From NCBI GenBank assembly GCA_913043225.1, contig CAJWLU010000004.1, positions 64,001-128,000 on the forward strand: 64,000 nucleotides of DNA, read 5' to 3'. Of the stretch, positions 9,246 through 17,547 are shown piece after piece. Each line of letters opens with the position of its first letter. Position 1 is the first letter of the stretch. The position numbers were made by a program, and so were the translations under genes. The notes beneath the pieces were generated by a model. That model searched no databases, was not told where the DNA came from, and saw nothing but the letters and a program-made list of their open reading frames with translations. The stretch comes from an uncultured Acidobacteriota bacterium. Lineage in GTDB: Bacteria > Acidobacteriota > Vicinamibacteria > Vicinamibacterales > UBA8438.

Positions 9246-10450
9246 GCGAGCACCGATCCCATCTGCAACAACGGCATATAAAGAGCAATGAGGAGGCCGG
9301 CGATGACGACTCCCATCACCACGAGCAACGCCGGCTCAATGATCGTCACGAAACGCCCGAGCTGAGTGTCGATCTCCTCGTCGAAAAAGTCGGCCACGCT
9401 GATCAGCATCTCGCGGAGCGAGCCAGTCGATTCTCCGACCTCGACCATCTTGATGGCAACTTCGGGGAAGACCTTCCGTTCAGCCAGCGCCGACGCCAAC
9501 GCCTCACCCTCCCGGACCCGCTGCCCCACCAGTGTGAGCTGATCGGCGAAAAAGCGGTTACCGAGCGAGCGTGACGCGACATCGATGGCATTGACCAACG
9601 GAATGCCGCCTCCCAGCAACGTGGCCAAAGTCCGCGCCAGCTGAGAGGTTGCGAAGCGCGCCGCGATCTTTCCGACCGCCGGCACCCGCAAGATCAGACG
9701 GTCTAACCCCGTCGCCCGGCCCGACTGCTTGAACCAGTACCAAGTGCCTCCCACCACACCGATCACACCCAGAAATACCACCAAGAAATAGGCCCGGAAG
9801 AACGCGGAGACAGCTACGATCAGACGGGTCATAATCGGAAGCTCCGCCTCGAAACTCAGGTAGAATCCCTCGAACTCTGGGACCACACGCAGGACTATGA
9901 TCGCGACGACGATCAGGGCAAGACAAAGCAGGATCGCCGGATAGACGAGCGCCGAGAGCGTCTTCCGCTTGACCGCGCTAACAACCTTCACGTGGTCGAT
10001 GTACCTGCGAATGACCTCCTCAAGTCCTCCGCTCTTCTCCCCAGCCATGAGCGAGGCCGTGTAGACGCCCGGGATCGCCTCACCCTGCGCCTCAAACGCC
10101 TCCGACAGCGCCGCCCCCGCGCGGACGCGATCGTGCACGTCATTTAGAGTTCGCTTGAATCCAGGATCGTCGACCCGCTGGCGCAGGATGTCCAGCGACT
10201 GGACCAGGGGCAGACCGGCCTTGAGTAGAGTTGCCAGTTCCTGATTGAAGACCAGAAACTCCCGTGTCTTGATCCGCCGGTGTCTCTCCCACGAGAGCAC
10301 GGGAACACTGAAACCGCCGCGCCGCTGTAGCGAAAGGATGTACATCCCCTTCGCTTCCAGTTCCTGACGAAGCTGCGCCTCGCTTTCCGAGACGAACACC
10401 TCCTCAACAACCTCTCCGGTCTCGGTGCCAAGCCTGCAGCGAAACTCCAT
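9242..10450 (-). CDS. GspF/PilC family platform protein
   Basis: FNQELATLLKAGLPL, AGEKSGGL, ALVYP, VGESTGSL and IEPALL motifs. Start set at the ATG at 10450 (MEFRC). Confidence 0.92.
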   Translation of the reverse strand: MEFRCRLGTETGEVVEEVFVSESEAQLRQELEAKGMYILSLQRRGGFSVPVLSWERHRRIKTREFLVFNQELATLLKAGLPLVQSLDILRQRVDDPGFKRTLNDVHDRVRAGAALSEAFEAQGEAIPGVYTASLMAGEKSGGLEEVIRRYIDHVKVVSAVKRKTLSALVYPAILLCLALIVVAIIVLRVVPEFEGFYLSFEAELPIMTRLIVAVSAFFRAYFLVVFLGVIGVVGGTWYWFKQSGRATGLDRLILRVPAVGKIAARFATSQLARTLATLLGGGIPLVNAIDVASRSLGNRFFADQLTLVGQRVREGEALASALAERKVFPEVAIKMVEVGESTGSLREMLISVADFFDEEIDTQLGRFVTIIEPALLVVMGVVIAGLLIALYMPLLQMGSVLA

Positions 10451-10657
10451 GCTTTCCAGCGCGATCCGGGGTGACCCGCCGAGTCGCAAATTAAAGACTG
10501 GCGTTACAAGTTAAGGAATGGCGGTACAACCCCTTGTCAAATATGCAATTATCGGCGCTCCACCTAATGAGAATTATACCTTGGGCTCCGATGACCGCTT
10601 TGGGGGGCACCGAGGTTGTAGTGTGCCGGAACGGATGGCCCTTAGCTAGGACCTGGC

Positions 10658-11329
10658 CTACTCCCCGGCCGCGTCGACGATGCTCAGGATCTTCTCGACG
10701 TAGCGACGCGTTTCGGGATAGGGCGGAACACCGCCGAACCTCCTGACGGTTCCTTCTCCGGCGTTGTAGGCCGCTAGGGCGCCCGTAACGTCGTACCGAT
10801 CCAACAGCGACCGCAGATGCTTGGTGCCAGCCTCAATGTTCGCCCTAGGGTCATAGGGATCGCTCACCGAGTACTGGCGGGCAGTGGCCGGCATCAGCTG
10901 CATCAAGCCCATTGCTCCCTTCGGTGACCGAGCGTCAGGCCGATAGGACGATTCCACCTCAATGAGCGCGGCGACCAGTGTCGGGTCCACTCCGTGCCGC
11001 ACCGAAATGGTGTCGATGATTTCGGCATAGGGGAGCGATGCGAGAACCGGCTTCGCCACGGCCTCAGCCTCTGCCACCGGTGGTGGTGAAGGCGTGGGCG
11101 GCGCGGGGTCAGCCTCGATCTTAACCACAAGTGAGCGTGCCGCCGAGATCTGGCCGCCATTGGGCAGATACAGCACCACTCTGTCCCCCTGAAACTCGTG
11201 CCCGGCTACCGAAAGCGTGTGCCCGGTAGTCAGCAGCACCAGTTCGGCCGAGGCGGGGGCCACGGCCGGCCGGACGACCAGCAGAACCGCCAGCAGCGCC
11301 AAGGCAAGGACGCGCGTCGCGCTCCACAT
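10658..11329 (-). CDS. Lytic transglycosylase (SLT domain), exported
   Basis: ALIEVESSY, GAMGLMQLMP, ALAAYNAGEG and PPYPETRRYV motifs plus a signal peptide. The start is uncertain (11329 chosen). Confidence 0.9.
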   Translation of the reverse strand: MWSATRVLALALLAVLLVVRPAVAPASAELVLLTTGHTLSVAGHEFQGDRVVLYLPNGGQISAARSLVVKIEADPAPPTPSPPPVAEAEAVAKPVLASLPYAEIIDTISVRHGVDPTLVAALIEVESSYRPDARSPKGAMGLMQLMPATARQYSVSDPYDPRANIEAGTKHLRSLLDRYDVTGALAAYNAGEGTVRRFGGVPPYPETRRYVEKILSIVDAAGE

Positions 11330-11508
11330 CCGATCAGCGTAGCATGTCGTCCGAAGGCCGACCAATGCGACCAAAGTCGTACCGCAGACCCAATTCTTAA
11401 CGCTTCGACTACCGCCCTGAGCCATACCTCTACTCTTATCGGCAGGACGAAGGGCCGGGGTGAACTGGACCGGTTCTGACCGGTTTTCCACATCTTCTGT
11501 TGAATGAC

Positions 11509-12411
11509 CTAATCTATCTCAAGGAAAGCGTAGAAGACCTGAATCCCCAGCTCACGATTGTCGGCGTTGGCGCCATCGGTGATATCAGACGGCACGAACG
11601 CAGGGTCCACCGTCAACACCAGCGTCACCGTGTCGTCCTCGCCCATCGTCGCGGCCGACACAGGGAGCTCGTGAAAACTCGCGTCCGGTACCATCTCGAA
11701 GCTCGCAATCTCGGTCTCGCCAATGGCCAGCGTGACCAACTGTGGATCGTCGAGAAGTTCCGGACGCCCGTCGACCTCAAGATAGAGCGTGGAGTCTGTT
11801 CGCGGATTACGGAACGAGATAGTCGAGCGCCCCATCGTCCATCGCCACTCGCGTTCCGAGTTTTCAGGCATCGACTCCACGTCGTGCCACCCGTCCTCAA
11901 AGAACAAGAATCCGCTTTCCGATTGCGGAGCCATCTCGAAGGTCCCCACCTGATACGCACGCTGACCTAGGTGGTCACCGCCGAGCGGCAGACGATCGCC
12001 CTGCGCCGGTGAGTAAAGCCCGAGCGCGACAGTGGCCTCACCGATGTAGGGGTACACCGGCGTGAAAAAGCGACGCCGGTAGGTGATCTCTCTCCCGGCC
12101 GTCCAGCTCGACAGCGGCTCTGGAGGATCGTGGTCGTCCGAGAACATCACGGCCCCGTCTGCATCGAGGAAGTGTACAAAGACGCGGTAGTCGTCCTCGA
12201 GCGCCGGCGCGGACGGCGCGAGCGTGAACCGATAGGTCATCTCGAGCGGCCCACCGAGCGGCACCCGATCGCGACCTAATGCCACGGCGGCGGTCCCGAT
12301 CGGGGGTGCCGTATCGGCCAGGCCGCAAGCCGACAGCCCCGTCACGAGCGACAAAAAGGCCGACACACAGAGGAAGATCGAGCGTGGGGAACGCGTGATT
12401 CGCAACACCAT
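11509..12411 (-). CDS. Hypothetical lipoprotein (two beta-rich domains)
   Basis: Lipobox LSAC; YRVFVHFLD...DDHDPP and GWHDVE...WRWT motifs; coding-like composition. Confidence 0.7.
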   Translation of the reverse strand: MVLRITRSPRSIFLCVSAFLSLVTGLSACGLADTAPPIGTAAVALGRDRVPLGGPLEMTYRFTLAPSAPALEDDYRVFVHFLDADGAVMFSDDHDPPEPLSSWTAGREITYRRRFFTPVYPYIGEATVALGLYSPAQGDRLPLGGDHLGQRAYQVGTFEMAPQSESGFLFFEDGWHDVESMPENSEREWRWTMGRSTISFRNPRTDSTLYLEVDGRPELLDDPQLVTLAIGETEIASFEMVPDASFHELPVSAATMGEDDTVTLVLTVDPAFVPSDITDGANADNRELGIQVFYAFLEID

Positions 12412-12599
12412 CGTACGACGGCGGATTGTAGCTCTCTTTCGGCGGCGCCCGCAAGTTGCCGCATCTCCTGCAATATGTTACATTTCCGGCGCTTTCGTGC
12501 CCGCGGTGTACCCGAGGACGGGACCACGGCCACGTAGCCCCGGCCGCCCCGTGCCGCGGCCGCTAGTGCGGTCATATCGGCACACTTCGGAGAAGGGTT

Positions 12600-12878
12600 A
12601 TGTCGCTCGAAGCGCTCGGAATGGTGGAGACGAAGGGGCTGGTCGGCTCAATCGAGGCGGCCGACGCGATGGTGAAGGCGGCCAACGTTGTGCTGATCGG
12701 CAAGGAATACATCGGCGCCGGCTACGTAACCGTGTTCGTGCGCGGCGACGTGGGCGCGGTCAAGGCCTCGACCGACGCCGGCGCCGCCGCCGCCCGACGG
12801 GTCGGCGAGCTCGTCTCCGTACACGTCATCCCGCGTCCCCACGGCGAGGTCGAGAAGATCCTGCCGCAGCCCAAGTAG
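12600..12878 (+). CDS. Bacterial microcompartment hexamer shell protein (BMC-H, EutM/PduA/CcmK family)
   Basis: [26 protein letters not shown]...[11 protein letters not shown]...VHVIPRPH. Confidence 0.97.
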   Translation: MSLEALGMVETKGLVGSIEAADAMVKAANVVLIGKEYIGAGYVTVFVRGDVGAVKASTDAGAAAARRVGELVSVHVIPRPHGEVEKILPQPK

Positions 12879-12921
12879 ACACCTAGGTTCCACCCGACGC
12901 TGATCGGCTTCGTCGAGAACC

Positions 12922-14679
12922 ATGGCCGACGCCGCCGCTTTCCCCGACCGCGACCTCGACTCCATCCGCGAAGCCAGAGAGCTCGCGCGACGGGCGCGAG
13001 CCGCCCAGACCCGGCTAGCCGACCTTAGCCAGGAACAGGTCGACACGATCGTCGATGCCGTCGCCGCGGCGGCGCAGCGTGAGGTCAAGGCGTTCGCCCG
13101 TCTCGCCGTCGACGAGACCGGCTACGGCAACGAGGCGGACAAGATCAAGAAGAACCGCTTCGCCGCCGAGACCATCTACAACTTTATCCAGCCGATGCGA
13201 ACTGTCGGCGTGATCAACCGGCGCGAATCCGAACGGATCATCGAGATCGCTGAACCGTTCGGGGTTGTAGCGGCGATCGTTCCCTCTACAAACCCGACAT
13301 CTACGGCGATCTATAAGATCCTGGTCTGCCTGAAGGCGCGGTGTGCCGTCGTCCTCAGTCCCCACCCATCGGCCGCCCGCTCGATCATCCGGGTTGCCGA
13401 CGTGCTCACCCGTGCCGCTCTCTCGGTGGGAGCGCCTGAGGGCGCAGTTAACTGCATGACCACCATCACGCAGGAAGGCACGCTGGAACTGATGCGGAGC
13501 CGCGAAGTGGCCTTGATTCTGGCCACGGGCGGTCTCGGACTGGTCCGCGCCGCCTACAGCGCGGGCAAACCAGCCTATGGCGTCGGTCCGGGCAACGCGC
13601 CGGCCTACATCGAACGCACCGCAGACGTTCCCAAAGCCGTCGCGGACATCATCACCGGGAAGACCTTCGATAATGGTGTCCTCTGCTCATCGGAAAACTC
13701 CGTAGTCGTAGATGAGGCGGTCGCTGGCGACGTTCGGCGGGCGTTCGAGAAACAAGGCGGGCGTTTCCTCAACCCACTGGAAGCGGCCAAGCTGGCCGAG
13801 GTGCTCGTGACACCGCAGCGACTGCCGAATCCGGAACTAGTCGGTAAGTCGGCTATCGAGATCGCCGCCCGCGTCGGAATCGAGATCACCGGGGACACAC
13901 GGGTGCTCATCGCCACGCTGACGGGCGTGGGCCGCGACCACCCGCTATCGATGGAGAAGCTCTGCCCGGTGCTCTCCTTCTACGAGGTCTCGGATTGGCG
14001 AGCCGCCGGTGCGCGCTGCAAGGAGATTCTGGCCTACGGCGGCATGGGTCACACCATGTCGATTCACTCGGGCGACGAGCGGATCATCCTGGAGTTCGGT
14101 CTCCAAGAGCCCGCTTTCAGGATCGTGGTGAACAGCCCGACGACCCTCGGGGCAATCGGCATGACCACCGGCCTTGATCCGTCGATGACACTCGGCTGCG
14201 GCGGCTGGGGGGGCAATATAACGTCCGACAACGTCACGCCCAGGCACCTACTGAACGTCAAGCGGCTCGCATACGAGACTCGGTCGGCGCCGCGACCGAG
14301 TGCAACCGTCGCCGGCGGCCCCGCGCTCCCCCTGCAACAGGCGCCGGACCGACCAGTAACCCACGGCGTGGACCCGGCGGTTCTGAACGAACGCATCGAG
14401 TTGTTTCTCGCCTCGCGCGGCATCGCCAGCACTACGCCCGCGCCACTGGAGGACCAGGCGCCCACGCTGCCACCCGCGGCGCCGCCGACGGCACCCACCT
14501 CGGCCGCCCCCCTTCCTCCAGCCGCTACGCCAATGGACTTCGTCTGCGAGGACGATGTCCGCCAGGCGCTACGGGAGAACCGGCAAATTCTCGTCAGCGC
14601 GGCAACGATCATCACTCCGGCCGCCCGCGATCTCGGGGAGGCGCAGCGGGTGTTCGTTCACGCATCAACTCCTCGCTAG
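12922..14679 (+). CDS. Acylating aldehyde dehydrogenase (EutE/PduP-like) with C-terminal extension
   Basis: [18 protein letters not shown], catalytic [15 protein letters not shown] and [10 protein letters not shown] motifs; Pro-rich tail with an amphipathic helix. Confidence 0.93.
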   Translation: MADAAAFPDRDLDSIREARELARRARAAQTRLADLSQEQVDTIVDAVAAAAQREVKAFARLAVDETGYGNEADKIKKNRFAAETIYNFIQPMRTVGVINRRESERIIEIAEPFGVVAAIVPSTNPTSTAIYKILVCLKARCAVVLSPHPSAARSIIRVADVLTRAALSVGAPEGAVNCMTTITQEGTLELMRSREVALILATGGLGLVRAAYSAGKPAYGVGPGNAPAYIERTADVPKAVADIITGKTFDNGVLCSSENSVVVDEAVAGDVRRAFEKQGGRFLNPLEAAKLAEVLVTPQRLPNPELVGKSAIEIAARVGIEITGDTRVLIATLTGVGRDHPLSMEKLCPVLSFYEVSDWRAAGARCKEILAYGGMGHTMSIHSGDERIILEFGLQEPAFRIVVNSPTTLGAIGMTTGLDPSMTLGCGGWGGNITSDNVTPRHLLNVKRLAYETRSAPRPSATVAGGPALPLQQAPDRPVTHGVDPAVLNERIELFLASRGIASTTPAPLEDQAPTLPPAAPPTAPTSAAPLPPAATPMDFVCEDDVRQALRENRQILVSAATIITPAARDLGEAQRVFVHASTPR

Positions 14680-14693
14680 CACCGAACCGACGC

Positions 14694-15161
14694 GTGGCCG
14701 ACTTCGACCCCACCGCGCATCGCCTAGTCCCGACCCGCACCTTCGACGAGTTGGCGATCGGCGAGCAATTTCCGATCCCGAGCCGCACGGTGACCGACGG
14801 CCAATTCGCCGCGTTCCAGGTCGTCTCGGCCGACAATCATCCGGTGCACTACGACGCCGAGTATTGCCGCTCTCAAGGGTATTCCGCGCCGATCGCACAT
14901 GGTTTTCAGGTGCTCTCGGCCACCGCTCCCGGCGCCGGGCTCTTTCCCCACGTGATGGGCCAGCGGCTCATGGGCTTCCTCGAACAGTCCTCCCGTTTTC
15001 TCGCTCCGGTCTATCTGGGCGACACGCTTTATCCCGAGCTCACGATTACCGATCTAGTTCGACAGCGCACGACGGGCGTCGTCACCCTCCGCGCCACTGT
15101 GCACAACCAGCACCGCACCTTAGTCCTCGACGGCAGCCAAAAGTTCCTCGTCCGTCTGTAG
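14694..15161 (+). CDS. MaoC family (R)-specific enoyl-CoA hydratase/dehydratase
   Basis: SADNHPVHYD (D-x4-H dyad), IAHG and RFLAPVYLGDTL motifs. Confidence 0.88.
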   Translation: MADFDPTAHRLVPTRTFDELAIGEQFPIPSRTVTDGQFAAFQVVSADNHPVHYDAEYCRSQGYSAPIAHGFQVLSATAPGAGLFPHVMGQRLMGFLEQSSRFLAPVYLGDTLYPELTITDLVRQRTTGVVTLRATVHNQHRTLVLDGSQKFLVRL

Positions 15162-15260
15162 CCGCCGCGCCCCACGAGGAGCGCGCAAGAAACTGCGGCT
15201 AGACCTATCTCGATACAGGCCGCGGCCTCGGGTCGACGGGTCAAGGTCTGGCCCGGCTCG

Positions 15261-15280
15261 TATAATGCGACGAACAGGAG
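15261..15280 (+). promoter_or_regulatory. Putative -10 box (TATAAT) and Shine-Dalgarno for the ligase/rSAM/halogenase operon
   Basis: Perfect TATAAT at 15261-15266 in GC-rich DNA; AGGAG at 15276-15280; ATG at 15289. No consensus -35. Confidence 0.45.
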
Positions 15281-15288
15281 ACAGTCCC

Positions 15289-16632
15289 ATGGACCGCCAG
15301 ATTCATCGAGTCATCGACCTCATCGACGATTCCGAGCAACTGATTCAGAACATGGCGATCGCCGATGCCCGCGACCGGTTACGCGGCTCTCCTGACGGCA
15401 TGCTCGGGATCCAGGGCTCGTTTGCGCTGACGGTCAGGGACCGCGAACAGGTGCTCATGGCGCGGAGCCTCGACCGACCAATGCGCTACTTCCTCGCAAA
15501 AGAGGTCGCCGGCCCGTTGCTCATCGTCGCGGAGCGAATCGACGAAATCGCCGACCAATTACAGCGTCTGGGGTACGGCGACCAGTTCCATCCAACCTAC
15601 ACCCGGATGGTACCGGCACATCACGTGACCGCGCTCCGACTGATCGGCTGCCCTGACCCGAACCCACAGCAGCGCCGGTTCTTTGCTCCACCCCGGGCCA
15701 CGCTCGCTCCCGACCTCGATCAGATCGGCGATGCCTATATCGAGGCACTGACTGGCGAAGTCACGACCTGGCTGGACGCGCAAGACCCTAAGGCGCCACT
15801 CGGCGTCCTCTTTTCTGGCGGCATCGACAGCACGGCCGTGCTTGTAACGCTGTACCGCGCCTTGATTGACCGGGGCGACAGCGCCGCGCGACTCAAAGCC
15901 TTCACGCTGGCCGTCGACGGCCAAGGTTCCGACCTGGAACAGGCACGTCGTGCGCTCGCGCACCTCGAGCTCGGATTCCTGCACGAGCCGGTGGACGCTC
16001 CAAGTAACGCGCTGGATCCCCTCGAGGCGGTGGAGGTGATTGAGGACTACAAACCACTGGACGTCGAATGCGCCACCATGATGCTGGCGCTGCTCGGTGG
16101 CATCCGCGCCCGCTACCCCCACTGGCGTCTCATCGTTGACGGCGACGGCGGTGACGAAAACCTTAAGGACTACCCTCTCGAAGAAGACAACGAGTTGACG
16201 ATCCGCAGCGTCGTATCGAACTCGATGCTCTACCAGGAAGGGTGGGGCGTCGACGCGCTCAAGCACTCCCTGACCTACTCCGGCGGTCTCTCGCGCGCCT
16301 GCGTCAGGGGCCGCGCGCCAGCCCGCCGCCTTGGCTTTCTCGGCTTCAGCCCCTTCACGCGCCCTGGTCTCGTGCGAGTGGCAGAAGCCATCCCGTTCGA
16401 CGCGCTGACCAAAGGATCGACCGCGCGGCTCTACGCCCTGAAGGGCGAGATCGTCAGGCGCGGACTCGAGCATCGCTACGGGCGTTCCATGCCCATTTAC
16501 CCCAAACGACGCTTTCAGCACGGCGCCGCGACGCCATCGACCTTTACCTCGAGATTCTCGGTACCCGAAGAGCGCTATCGCGCCCACTTCCAGACGCTTT
16601 GGGGAGCCCCCACCGGCGCACGCTCCATCTAA
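15289..16632 (+). CDS. Asparagine synthetase-like ATP-dependent amide ligase (no N-terminal Cys)
   Basis: PP-loop LFSGGIDS, DGDGGDE (GxGxDE), SPF, LK...R and PKRRFQ motifs. The N-terminus lacks the Ntn Cys1. Confidence 0.85.
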   Translation: MDRQIHRVIDLIDDSEQLIQNMAIADARDRLRGSPDGMLGIQGSFALTVRDREQVLMARSLDRPMRYFLAKEVAGPLLIVAERIDEIADQLQRLGYGDQFHPTYTRMVPAHHVTALRLIGCPDPNPQQRRFFAPPRATLAPDLDQIGDAYIEALTGEVTTWLDAQDPKAPLGVLFSGGIDSTAVLVTLYRALIDRGDSAARLKAFTLAVDGQGSDLEQARRALAHLELGFLHEPVDAPSNALDPLEAVEVIEDYKPLDVECATMMLALLGGIRARYPHWRLIVDGDGGDENLKDYPLEEDNELTIRSVVSNSMLYQEGWGVDALKHSLTYSGGLSRACVRGRAPARRLGFLGFSPFTRPGLVRVAEAIPFDALTKGSTARLYALKGEIVRRGLEHRYGRSMPIYPKRRFQHGAATPSTFTSRFSVPEERYRAHFQTLWGAPTGARSI

Positions 16633-16638
16633 TCCGGC

Positions 16639-17547
16639 ATGACTGACCCACCAGGGCCGGTCCGGCCAAGACCTCCGGTGCGACTTGTTCACGAGTGGGA
16701 GCACAGCCCCGCCGGGACACGCTGTCAAGCCAGCACCGTCTTTCTTGTCGGTGCTCGGTGCCCCTTCGCCTGTGTGTTCTGCGACCTCGGGCAATACACC
16801 ATCGGTGGCCCAACGCCTCCCGGGGCGATCACCGGACAGTTGGACTGGGCGCTGTCCCGCATCGTTCACCGGGATCGCATCAAGCTCTACAACGCCAGCA
16901 ACTTCTTCGACGAGCGTGCAATCCCAGCCGCCGAGGACCGGGACATCGTTGAACGCCTCCACCGGTTCGCTGAAGTGGTCGTGGAATGTCACCCGTGCCT
17001 CATTGGCGACCGATGCTTCGCCTTTGCCGATCGCCTTGCCGGGAGACTGCAGGTCGCGCTCGGCCTGGAGACCGCGCATCCGGAAACACTGGAGCGCCTG
17101 AACAAGGGCATGACACTCGCCGACTTCGACCGCGCCGCGGAAACCCTCCGGCGGCACCGGATCGGTCTCAGAGCATTCGTACTCGTCGGTGCCCCGTTTC
17201 TGACAGCCTCGGAGCAGCACACCTGGACACTCCGGTCTGTCGATCACGCGGTGGCGCAGGGCGCCGAACAGGTCTCTCTCATCCCGGTCCGTCCGCAGGC
17301 CGAACTCGACGGCCTGTCCTCCCAGGGCAAATGGCTCCAGCCCAGCTTCGCCCGGTTCGAGTCCGTGGTCGAGTCGGCGGTGGACAGCCACGGCCGATTG
17401 GTCCAGGCAGACCTGTGGGATCTGGAACGGTTGTCGACCTGCGCGGTGTGTCTCCCTGCGCGCCGGAATCGCCTCGACGCGATGAACCGAGACGGGCGGA
17501 TACACCCGGCGGTCGGGTGCTCGCGGTGCGAGAGGGTAGCCTCGTGA
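16639..17547 (+). CDS. Radical SAM enzyme, RaSEA/Elp3-like
   Basis: CPFACVFC (CxxxCxxC), KLYNASNFFD, VVECHP and VALGLETA...LNKG motifs; C-terminal CAVC...CSRC. Confidence 0.85.
   Translation: MTDPPGPVRPRPPVRLVHEWEHSPAGTRCQASTVFLVGARCPFACVFCDLGQYTIGGPTPPGAITGQLDWALSRIVHRDRIKLYNASNFFDERAIPAAEDRDIVERLHRFAEVVVECHPCLIGDRCFAFADRLAGRLQVALGLETAHPETLERLNKGMTLADFDRAAETLRRHRIGLRAFVLVGAPFLTASEQHTWTLRSVDHAVAQGAEQVSLIPVRPQAELDGLSSQGKWLQPSFARFESVVESAVDSHGRLVQADLWDLERLSTCAVCLPARRNRLDAMNRDGRIHPAVGCSRCERVAS

Noticed and set aside
14420..14530. Pro/Ala-rich low-complexity stretch as a DNA repeat (also the Rieske N-terminus near 63480-63580)
   Set aside because: These are protein linker sequences with no regular nucleotide repeat unit.
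15162..15288. RiPP or lasso precursor peptide beside the asparagine-synthetase-like gene
   Set aside because: No small ORF with an RBS and lasso leader features was found, and no B1/B2 peptidase or RRE gene lies nearby.
16986..17543. Long N-terminal extensions in the ORF track (halogenase, and likewise pilN, guaB, aminotransferase, cupin, rnc, amtB)
   Set aside because: They overlap neighbouring genes and lack family motifs. Downstream starts with an RBS or stop-start coupling fit better.
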